From: a virus
Strand: one strand, 5' to 3'
IMG/VR virus record: IMGVR_UViG_3300031721_000685
Span: 1 to 64,000 of that record
DNA length: 64,000 nt
Below, piece after piece: positions 56,482 to 64,000 of this stretch; position 1 is the stretch's first letter, and each line of letters starts with the position of its first letter. A model generated the notes under the pieces. It searched no databases and was not told where the DNA came from. It was given only the letters and a program-made list of their open reading frames with translations. Both the position numbers and the translations under genes were made by a program.

Positions 56482-57030
56482 TTAGGCGGTTGAGTTGCCT
56501 GTGATGCCACCAGAAACTTCCCAGAAATCATATTGGAACGTAACTGTGAATTCTTCAATCGCATCAGTTGTTTCCCAAGCCATTTCAATAGCGGAAACTT
56601 CAGTTGGGAACATACCGTTGAAAGTATACTCACGAATAGGAACACCAGTCTTAGAGAACTGTGTAATCTGAGCATTCGATTTGTATAGTAGTGGTGAAGC
56701 AGAACCAAACTCACGAATATTACCAGCGTGAGAGTTGATCGAGTTTGACCACTGTTCCATTGCGTTACGGATGAGAAAGTCTTCATCGTTGATGATAGTG
56801 ACGGTCCATTCAGCGAATGTTCTATCACCAGCAACTTTAATCTTGCGACCAAAGTATGGCACTTCAATCACACCTGTGGTAGATGCTGGTATCTGTGCTG
56901 CTTTGACCATGAATGGTACTTTAATGTCACCGGCACCATTTGCTGGATTAGAAATCTGTACTTGAAAGAGCGATGCTCTCGCTCCTCCAAGTGTCAGTTG
57001 GCTTCTAATTTCTTGAATGTTGAAAGCCAT
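56482..57030 (-). CDS. gp19: Tail tube protein
   Basis: GRKIKVAGDRTFAEWTVTIINDEDF, IEEFTVTFQYDFW. Confidence 0.95.
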   Translation of the reverse strand: MAFNIQEIRSQLTLGGARASLFQVQISNPANGAGDIKVPFMVKAAQIPASTTGVIEVPYFGRKIKVAGDRTFAEWTVTIINDEDFLIRNAMEQWSNSINSHAGNIREFGSASPLLYKSNAQITQFSKTGVPIREYTFNGMFPTEVSAIEMAWETTDAIEEFTVTFQYDFWEVSGGITGNSTA

Positions 57031-57074
57031 TATTTAATAACTCCTTTGTTTAATGCTATTTATTCGTTTTGTTA

Positions 57075-58934
57075 TTAGAACTTACCTACAATTTCTTCAA
57101 ACTCTACGCCAGTTCTAACTGCAACGAAGTTCAACTGAATGAAGTTGATTGATCTAGCAGGCTTAATATAAATGTCGCCAATAAACTCGTTACGGTCAAT
57201 AACTTCGCCAGTATTGTTCGATGTATCACAAACAACTCGGAAGTCATAGATACCACGACGACCTTGAACGTCACGGAGGAATGGTTCAACTAGATTTCGA
57301 AACTGTGCCCGTGTAAACTCATCATTGAATTCGAAGAGTGAATATTTAGCAGCAGTAGCGATTGCTTTTTCAAGAACAATAAAGAGACGACGAACGTTAA
57401 TGCGGTCAAATGCGCTTGGTCTAGCAAGTAGTGTCTTGTCGCCAAAGAGTAGTGTGCCCTGACCAGCTTGTGTAATAACTGGGTTTACGCCAGCTTTGTA
57501 GAGTTGATCTCGTTCACCTTTCTTAGGATTGTATGCTAATTTAACAACGTTCTTGATGATACCACGATTGTAACCTGCTGGCGAATACCATGGGTCACGA
57601 GTTGTGTCTGTGCGAACGCAAAGACCAGCAATGTCACCGTTAAGTGGCACATATCGGAACTTATCGTTATATTTGTCATACTGATATTTGTAACCAGAGT
57701 CAACAACAGCATATGAAGATTGAGTTAGAGCAGCTTCGAATGCTAGAACTTGATCAAGTTCAGCACCAATTGCTTGCTCAACAACGTCAGTGCGTTCTGG
57801 TGAGATGAATACGACACAATCTTTACGATTTTCAGCGACATTATCGATGATATAGTTAGCAGTCGTTGTATTAGCTTTACCTGCGAGGAAGAGAGAGATA
57901 TCAATCTCTTCAGCATTCTGATAAAGGTCAATACCTCTAGCGAGCCTTGAAAGAGCAATTAATGATTCAGTACCGTTAGTGCCTTCAGAACCATTTGAGA
58001 ATGATATGTAGTTGGCACTATCAGCAAGTGCAACAGCAGTTGCCCAAACGTAGCTTGAACGTTCGTTGACTACATCTTTGTAGTAAATAGAGCTGCCTTG
58101 GTCATCTAAGTCGCCATCTGTTACGCTAACATCAGAGTATACTTCGAGGATTGTGTTAGCTGTACCTGAGATGCCGCCATCTTCGTCAACAACGACGATA
58201 TGTGCGTTAGAACCAGTAGGAGCGCCATCAACGTTTAGATAGTATGCCCATTTACGAGTTGCTGTTGTTGGTGATGTGTCTGATAGACGATATGCAGGAG
58301 CAAAAGTGATAGTAGCAGCACCGCCAGCAAGCGCTGTTGATACAACAGTCAAATCTTGAAATCCAATAGTTGAACTACCAACACGAAGAACATCACCAGC
58401 AGCTAGATTTGTAGTGCCGTTAGAACCCGCAACAGCGGTATCCAATTGCGTATTAGCACATCCAACTGTTGTATTGCCCGTTTGTAGTCCAGTCGCAAGA
58501 GTGATTGCTTCAGAGAAGTCAGCAGCATCAAAGCACACAGAAGTTTCTAGGTTGTTACCCCACGTACCAGCAGATTGAGCGACGAATACGCCTTGACCAG
58601 TAAGCGCTTCCGCTTCTGTGCGTGTTTCGATGAGGATTGTCGTGTTACCAGAAGAAGAAGCAGTTACAGCATCTGCGGCTGTGACACGAGTAACATATAG
58701 CTTGTTACCGTATGACAGGAAGTTGGCAGCAGTTAAGAATGTTTCATAGTTATTTACGGTTGGTTTACCATAACGAATAACCAAATCTTCTTCTGACGTG
58801 ATAAGAGTTGTTTGTTCTACTTGACCTTGTGTGAAAACGCCAACAATGACACCTTCTGTTGTTGATACGGCAGGAACTACGGTAGAGAGGTCAATCTCTG
58901 ACACGTTAACACCTGGACTTACTTGAAATGGCAT
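57075..58934 (-). CDS. gp18: Tail sheath protein
   Basis: SPGVNVSEID, WYSPAGYNRG, FDRINVRRLF, IKPARSINFIQLNF. Confidence 0.97.
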   Translation of the reverse strand: MPFQVSPGVNVSEIDLSTVVPAVSTTEGVIVGVFTQGQVEQTTLITSEEDLVIRYGKPTVNNYETFLTAANFLSYGNKLYVTRVTAADAVTASSSGNTTILIETRTEAEALTGQGVFVAQSAGTWGNNLETSVCFDAADFSEAITLATGLQTGNTTVGCANTQLDTAVAGSNGTTNLAAGDVLRVGSSTIGFQDLTVVSTALAGGAATITFAPAYRLSDTSPTTATRKWAYYLNVDGAPTGSNAHIVVVDEDGGISGTANTILEVYSDVSVTDGDLDDQGSSIYYKDVVNERSSYVWATAVALADSANYISFSNGSEGTNGTESLIALSRLARGIDLYQNAEEIDISLFLAGKANTTTANYIIDNVAENRKDCVVFISPERTDVVEQAIGAELDQVLAFEAALTQSSYAVVDSGYKYQYDKYNDKFRYVPLNGDIAGLCVRTDTTRDPWYSPAGYNRGIIKNVVKLAYNPKKGERDQLYKAGVNPVITQAGQGTLLFGDKTLLARPSAFDRINVRRLFIVLEKAIATAAKYSLFEFNDEFTRAQFRNLVEPFLRDVQGRRGIYDFRVVCDTSNNTGEVIDRNEFIGDIYIKPARSINFIQLNFVAVRTGVEFEEIVGKF

Positions 58935-58983
58935 AGTTCATTTCTCCTTGATATCTTAGATTCTGGTTACCGATTATTTTTAT

Positions 58984-58991
58984 TATTTATA
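58984..58991 (-). promoter_or_regulatory. T4-type late promoter
   Basis: TATAAATA upstream of gp18. Confidence 0.8.
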
Positions 58992-59026
58992 AAAAACGAT
59001 ATTTTACTGCGTTGCTAAAGCTCGTT

Positions 59027-60628
59027 CTACCATTCTCCAGTTGTCGGAACAAGGTCTTGAGATTGGTCATCATGACCTGAGTCGTAAAATCCAAATGGTA
59101 GAAGGTCTTGCATCATTTGCTCTTCGCTTTTTTGTCTCAATTTTGTCATAGTATTAATATCTGTAATAGAATTAAAATATTGTTGAGCGGATAACCAAGC
59201 AAAAAGAACTAAGCACATAACTAAATCATCGTGACTTCCTGATTCTGCCTCATAGCTATTACCTTTTCTGGAGAATGTAGAAAGTTCTTTGATAGTGTCA
59301 AAATCGTTAATTATAATTTGGTCTTGCTCTATCATCAATTTGAGAATGGAAGACCCAGTAGATTTAACAGATTTTGTTGTTCGTATACCTTTGTCAATAT
59401 TTTTACCACCAAATCCACTTGATACTCTTTTTCCTGATCTACCAGCAGATTCTGTTGTTATTAAGTTTTCGACTTCATATTCAAAATATAATAAATCAGC
59501 AACTTGCCCGCCAATATCGTTTATTTCAATGAGTGTGTGTGCATCATTATAATATGTTACTATTCTATGTATAGTTTCAGTGTATTCTATTGGAGTAACA
59601 AGACTGTCTCTATATATGCACACTTGTTTATAAGGCATTGATGTAACATCTATAACTTGAAACGCCGAATAATCTAATCCTTTACCTCTTGACACATCAA
59701 CGACACACGTATATATTCTGTCTTTTTCTGGTTGTTCATATACTTTAATACCCGCTTGATCTTGAATGGGGTTTTTATGAAACAATTGTTGCAGTTTAGA
59801 TCCATCGATTAATGTACCAGAACTACCAAGAAACTCGCAACAAAATTCCTGTGAAAACTTTTGTGTATCAAAGTCCATAGAAGCAAGAGTTTCTTTCTTC
59901 CATTTTTCACCTCTACCAGGCACTTTATACCACGGCACTTCTACAAAAGCATATCCGTTGCGATCTTCTTTCGCACCCTGAAAAGTCTTATAGAAATGAT
60001 TGAGTCCGTTTGGTGTAGAAGTCAGTAGAATTTTTGTAGTAATGCCAGATGAAATTGTTGGAAACACCGAAGCGAAAAATGAGTCCCAATTCTCTACGAA
60101 TGCTGTTTCATCAATATAGAGATATGATACAGACTTACCACGAATAGCGCTACTGCTTGTTGCAGTGGCAATAATCTTACATCCATTTTCAAATTCAACA
60201 GAGCCTTTGTTCCACTCAACTACACCTTGTTGAATCCATTTTGGTAATGCTTCAAATGCAATCTTAATACGGTCAAGAATCTCTCTAGCAGCATCACCTT
60301 TATTAGCGAGTAATGCTACAGTCTTGTGCCCATTGAATAGAATGTAATGAAGAATGAGTACAACTGCTGTAGTAGTTTTGCCCGCCTGTCTTGATGTATT
60401 GACGACGACGTTTCTAGATTTTTCTGATTTGTTAATAATGTCTTTTTGATAGTCGTAAAGTACAATAGGAATTAGCCCACGGTCTACATGAACAATTTGA
60501 ATATATTTTTCTGCAAAATAAGCAATGTCCTTACTACATTTAACATACTCGGCTACAAGTTCTTGTGACCATTCAATCCGAGTGTCTTTTCTTTTGAGGT
60601 TGACATTCCCCAAATAACCTCTTTCCAT
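59027..60628 (-). CDS. gp17: Terminase large subunit
   Basis: SRQAGKTT, YIDETAF, STPNG, DVSRG, HDDLVM. Confidence 0.97.
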   Translation of the reverse strand: MERGYLGNVNLKRKDTRIEWSQELVAEYVKCSKDIAYFAEKYIQIVHVDRGLIPIVLYDYQKDIINKSEKSRNVVVNTSRQAGKTTTAVVLILHYILFNGHKTVALLANKGDAAREILDRIKIAFEALPKWIQQGVVEWNKGSVEFENGCKIIATATSSSAIRGKSVSYLYIDETAFVENWDSFFASVFPTISSGITTKILLTSTPNGLNHFYKTFQGAKEDRNGYAFVEVPWYKVPGRGEKWKKETLASMDFDTQKFSQEFCCEFLGSSGTLIDGSKLQQLFHKNPIQDQAGIKVYEQPEKDRIYTCVVDVSRGKGLDYSAFQVIDVTSMPYKQVCIYRDSLVTPIEYTETIHRIVTYYNDAHTLIEINDIGGQVADLLYFEYEVENLITTESAGRSGKRVSSGFGGKNIDKGIRTTKSVKSTGSSILKLMIEQDQIIINDFDTIKELSTFSRKGNSYEAESGSHDDLVMCLVLFAWLSAQQYFNSITDINTMTKLRQKSEEQMMQDLLPFGFYDSGHDDQSQDLVPTTGEW

Positions 60629-61011
60629 TATAATTCTTTCAACGCTTTTTGTAAATCTGCCGTTGAACCTACAAACAAATTGTTATTAACTGTCTGTGGT
60701 CCAAAGTCTTCTTTAGGAGCGAGTTCTTGTTTCTTTTTAGAAAGATCAAGAAGGTCTTTGTTAGCATTAACAAGAGTGGTCATCAATGTGGAAACAACTT
60801 CATACGCTCTTGGATGCTCTGAAGCACGAGCAACATCTATCATTTGCTCAAGTGCATGATTGCCCTGTTCAATGACAGAATACAAATTTTCTCTTGTGTA
60901 TTTGAAATCGTTTTCAATATCATTATCTGTCTTTTTAGGAACAATAACAGAAACGCTTTCACGCTTTACTGGTTCTAAACCCAAAGCAGTTGTGATAGTT
61001 TCATCGTCCAT
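60628..61011 (-). CDS. gp16: Terminase small subunit
   Basis: HPRAYEV, NNNLFVGSTADL. Confidence 0.9.
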   Translation of the reverse strand: MDDETITTALGLEPVKRESVSVIVPKKTDNDIENDFKYTRENLYSVIEQGNHALEQMIDVARASEHPRAYEVVSTLMTTLVNANKDLLDLSKKKQELAPKEDFGPQTVNNNLFVGSTADLQKALKEL

Positions 61012-61012
61012 A

Positions 61013-62071
61013 TTAACTATCCTCTATAATAACAACGTATGCCCAGTTATCATCTTTGTTGATTTCGGTATGAGCAACTGATTCATTATCAGGTACTGAA
61101 ATCGTCACTGTTGGTGATGATGCATAACCAGAACCAGCACTTGTGATAGTCAGTTCACGAACACCATCATTTACAACATTAGCACTTGCTGTTGCTGTAT
61201 TACTGCCCGAATCAGGAGCAGCGATTGTAACAGTAGCGCTGTTGTAGCCAATACCATTAGTAATAACTTCAAACGACGATACACTATCACCAGTAATCTG
61301 TGCGTTTGCTGTAGCACGAACTGTTTGACTTGAAACGAATCCTGCTGGGTCACCATTTGCTAGTAAGCCTGGATATACCTTGACGCTTTGCATTGAACTG
61401 TTAGAATAATCACCGTTTGCAAACTGACTATAGAAGTTGACATTAGCAAACTTGATGATTTTCTTAGTCGTGACTGGACCAAAGAAGTAGCCCTTCATTG
61501 TGAAGGTTAATGTCCAAATCACAACTCGTCTTGTATTAAAATCCCCGTCATACACTTCTTCACTACTGACAGAATTCATGATTGTGGGTATGTCAAAATA
61601 TTCATCTAAAGCATCAACAAGTTTGACAGAAGCAGTCCACTCTGGTTTGAAGAATGGAAGAATCTGTTCTAAAATTTTAGTACCATCTTCAGAATACTTT
61701 GCCATAATGGACAGCGTAAAGTCCATATTATATGGTGCTGGCGCAAACTGAGTTGTTAAAATTTGATTGTTAGCGGATACTGATTTTGTGTTACGAATTC
61801 TACCAGTCAATCTACGCTCTGGGTCGTATGAGACATTCGTCATCTCGAATGATATACGAGGCAATGAGATTGCTGCGGCATTAGTTAAACTTGAGTCGCC
61901 CTCAAGTCTTGCAAGAAATTTCTGCATTGGACCATAAGCTATAGGCACACGAAACTGCTTTTTAGTTACGCTACTGTTATTTTCACGAGAGATTAAAATC
62001 TCGTTGAATAGAGTGCCAAACACAGTGACATATCTACGAAGAGTGCCGTGATAAAAGCTATGTCCAAACAT
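61013..62071 (-). CDS. gp15: Tail sheath stabiliser with beta-repeat extension
   Basis: FGTLFN, VPIAYGP..KFL, LPRISFE, EQILPFF. Confidence 0.9.
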   Translation of the reverse strand: MFGHSFYHGTLRRYVTVFGTLFNEILISRENNSSVTKKQFRVPIAYGPMQKFLARLEGDSSLTNAAAISLPRISFEMTNVSYDPERRLTGRIRNTKSVSANNQILTTQFAPAPYNMDFTLSIMAKYSEDGTKILEQILPFFKPEWTASVKLVDALDEYFDIPTIMNSVSSEEVYDGDFNTRRVVIWTLTFTMKGYFFGPVTTKKIIKFANVNFYSQFANGDYSNSSMQSVKVYPGLLANGDPAGFVSSQTVRATANAQITGDSVSSFEVITNGIGYNSATVTIAAPDSGSNTATASANVVNDGVRELTITSAGSGYASSPTVTISVPDNESVAHTEINKDDNWAYVVIIEDS

Positions 62072-62733
62072 TAGAACCTACCTCCTTCAGAGAAAGGATC
62101 AGCTTCAGAGAAATCGATGATACCATCCGCTGCTGTCTCAATCGTGCTGTTATCAGCAAATGGGTCTTGGGATTCCAAGTACTCAATAGATGTATTAGAA
62201 GTTGTTTCGTAACCAGCAAAGAGCGTATCAATCTCGGATACACCTGTGCTGAAAGTCTCTTGTGAATATTCAAACATTTCACATCTTAAATCGTACATCT
62301 GTAGAGCGCCCATCTGATAAAACACTGGCTCATGCTCAACAAACTTAACCTCAAACATCTTCTTGTTGAGTGGGAAATAAATCAAGTCACCTTCAAGTGG
62401 TCTATCGTTCGCAGTATATGATGCTACGTCAAGTTCAAATGTTCTTTTAGCAATCGTCAATGTCATCTCATCACGAATCTCTAAACCAAACTTCGATAAG
62501 AAGTCGCCTTCGCCTTCAAACCCATCAAAGTTCTTGATGTACATATCAATGAAGTCTGCTCTCTTGAATTCAGAGAGGTCATCTTCGTTTAGAATATCAT
62601 CTACTGCACCAGCAGTTCTTGTGATGTAATAGATATCATGCCCGTGTAATTTGATTGACTCAATAACCAAATCTTCTATGAGATACTGCTCCATAGAAGA
62701 CTCAAAGTTATTAAAATATACTGAGGTTGGCAT
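62071..62733 (-). CDS. gp14: Neck protein
   Basis: ESIKLHG, FLSKFGLEIRDE, RPLEGDLIYFP, PVFYQMG. Confidence 0.92.
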   Translation of the reverse strand: MPTSVYFNNFESSMEQYLIEDLVIESIKLHGHDIYYITRTAGAVDDILNEDDLSEFKRADFIDMYIKNFDGFEGEGDFLSKFGLEIRDEMTLTIAKRTFELDVASYTANDRPLEGDLIYFPLNKKMFEVKFVEHEPVFYQMGALQMYDLRCEMFEYSQETFSTGVSEIDTLFAGYETTSNTSIEYLESQDPFADNSTIETAADGIIDFSEADPFSEGGRF

Positions 62734-62738
62734 AAATC

Positions 62739-63479
62739 TTATCCTGTCATATCATGTACGGGTAAGGAATAAGAAGTAGTCATATCTTCTTCGAGACGCT
62801 GAATCTCTTCTCGTGCATCAGAAAGAATTTGTTCACCGTTGAATGTTACGCCACCCGGTAGTTGCATTCCATTGAACTTTGTGAGGTTTGACCCCCACTG
62901 ATATTTAATCTTTGCTGTGGCATAATTCTGTAGCCAACGGTCTTTGTAAACATCACTATATGTTGCTGGGTCTACAATCTGGTAGCATTCTGCAACAACA
63001 AAATCCCCAGCATTTACTTTTGCCCAATCCATATCAATATGAAGACGGTTGATGTGTCGATTGTAGCGAATAGGCTGCTTACCAACAAGCATCTCTTCAA
63101 TGAACTGAATATGTTGCATTGCCATCATATATTCTTGAAGTCTATATGAACTCATATTATACATATCGTTGAGAGCAAACTGATAGCGAATGTTGAATAG
63201 ATTATTGACAGAAAGAGAGTCGCCAATATCAAAAATATTCACTACACCAATAATGTTTTCTGCGATAGTAATATACTTGTTTGTAATATCAGTAGAAGTG
63301 AGAGCGTGTTTTAGAAACGTCTTTTCTGTACCATCGAAATGATAGTCCCAATAGTATGAGAATGACTCATCAATACGATCATCAACTTGGTCATCGTCTA
63401 CGTTAATTTCAATCACAGGCTTACCTAGCTTTCTGAGGCACCACTCTTTGAATTCTGGTTTTGTAGTTGGCTGTGCCAT
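62739..63479 (-). CDS. gp13: Neck protein
   Basis: LRKLGKPVIEINV, QWGSNLTKF..QLPGGVTFNG. Confidence 0.92.
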   Translation of the reverse strand: MAQPTTKPEFKEWCLRKLGKPVIEINVDDDQVDDRIDESFSYYWDYHFDGTEKTFLKHALTSTDITNKYITIAENIIGVVNIFDIGDSLSVNNLFNIRYQFALNDMYNMSSYRLQEYMMAMQHIQFIEEMLVGKQPIRYNRHINRLHIDMDWAKVNAGDFVVAECYQIVDPATYSDVYKDRWLQNYATAKIKYQWGSNLTKFNGMQLPGGVTFNGEQILSDAREEIQRLEEDMTTSYSLPVHDMTG

Positions 63480-63503
63480 GCAAGACTCCTGTTATTTTCT
63501 TTT

Positions 63504-63511
63504 TATTTATA
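63504..63511 (-). promoter_or_regulatory. T4-type late promoter
   Basis: TATAAATA upstream of gp13. Confidence 0.8.
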
Positions 63512-63526
63512 AGAATTCATTATGTA

Positions 63527-64000
63527 TCATAAGCTTTTAGTTAAAGTGGCAATTTGAGATTTGAGTTCCTCAATTTGAGTAGATAATTCTTGAATAGCTT
63601 TAATAGCAACTGGAAGAAGTTTGCCAGGAGCAGCTTCCAATCTGTCTGGGTTTGTTTTTAACACAAGGTTCAAAACATCTTCAATGCCTGCATCTTGCTG
63701 TGCTTGATCCAATTCTTGTGCTATAAACCCAGTCTCTTTCTGTCCTACTTTAGCTCCGTCTCTCATGTTCCATGCAAACTGAACAGGATTTAATTTGTTG
63801 ATGAAGTCAAGACCAAACGGAAGTTCTTTGATGTCTGTTTTATCTCTACGATCTGACAATGCAGAAATGCTTGTGACTTGAGCACGAATTGCTGAAATAT
63901 TAGCGTCACCCAGAGTAATTTCATTGCTGACGTCCACTGCCGATGCTGCCGCATCGTGACCAATGAGGGTATTGTTGCTTCCGGTCGTCAGTGCGTCACC
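63527..64000 (-). CDS. Tail fibre/spike C-terminus with S74 intramolecular chaperone (5' truncated by window)
   Basis: Frame open to the window edge; SDRRDKTDI, GFIAQEL, AIQELS. Confidence 0.85.
   Translation of the reverse strand, partial: GDALTTGSNNTLIGHDAAASAVDVSNEITLGDANISAIRAQVTSISALSDRRDKTDIKELPFGLDFINKLNPVQFAWNMRDGAKVGQKETGFIAQELDQAQQDAGIEDVLNLVLKTNPDRLEAAPGKLLPVAIKAIQELSTQIEELKSQIATLTKSL

Noticed and set aside
53-62282. Numerous plus-strand and alternate-frame ORFs in the track (e.g. 14648-15187, 16371-16859, 18150-18698, 31369-31797, 52960-53424, 56463-56867)
   Set aside because: They are shadows of well-supported genes and lack RBS or motif support
1-64000. tRNAs, introns/inteins, stop-codon recoding, integrase or transposase
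   Set aside because: No cloverleaf seen in the intergenic gaps; nrdA, nrdB, gp41, gp43 and gp17 are uninterrupted and of normal length under the standard code
1-64000. Assignment as a cyanophage
   Set aside because: No photosynthesis or other cyanobacterial marker genes in this window; the host cannot be fixed from this segment

Overview
A 64-kb segment of a T4-like (Tevenvirinae/Kyanoviridae-style) myovirus genome, standard genetic code, almost all genes on the minus strand. It carries the replication/recombination block (gp61, gp41, uvsX, regA, gp62/44/45, gp43, gp46/47, gp55, uvsW, uvsY), nrdA/nrdB with a glutaredoxin, and the head/tail/packaging block (gp3, gp23-gp13, end of a tail fibre). 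Auxiliary genes include a PiT-like transporter, sHSP, IscA/ErpA, TagD-like, PMM-like and a 2OG-Fe(II) oxygenase. No photosynthesis genes, tRNA, CRISPR or integrase were seen; a marine Gram-negative host is an inference. Sigma70-like promoters and TATAAATA late promoters are readable throughout. Best leads: (1) a late-promoter, plus-strand six-gene operon of exported Cys-paired proteins with pilin-like and chaperone-like members (20.6-23.8 kb); (2) a late-promoter-to-terminator structured ncRNA candidate of about 160 nt (24.55-24.72 kb); (3) putative capsid-internal polyproteins whose modules are bounded by exact DNA direct repeats encoding acidic protease-type linkers, next to capsid-targeted ART-like and nuclease-like cargo; (4) a DNA-hypermodification island (Mom-like plus three glycosyltransferases) between gp43 and gp45; (5) a ROSE-like RNA thermometer on the sHSP gene. 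All family assignments come from motif recognition by eye, not from database searches.
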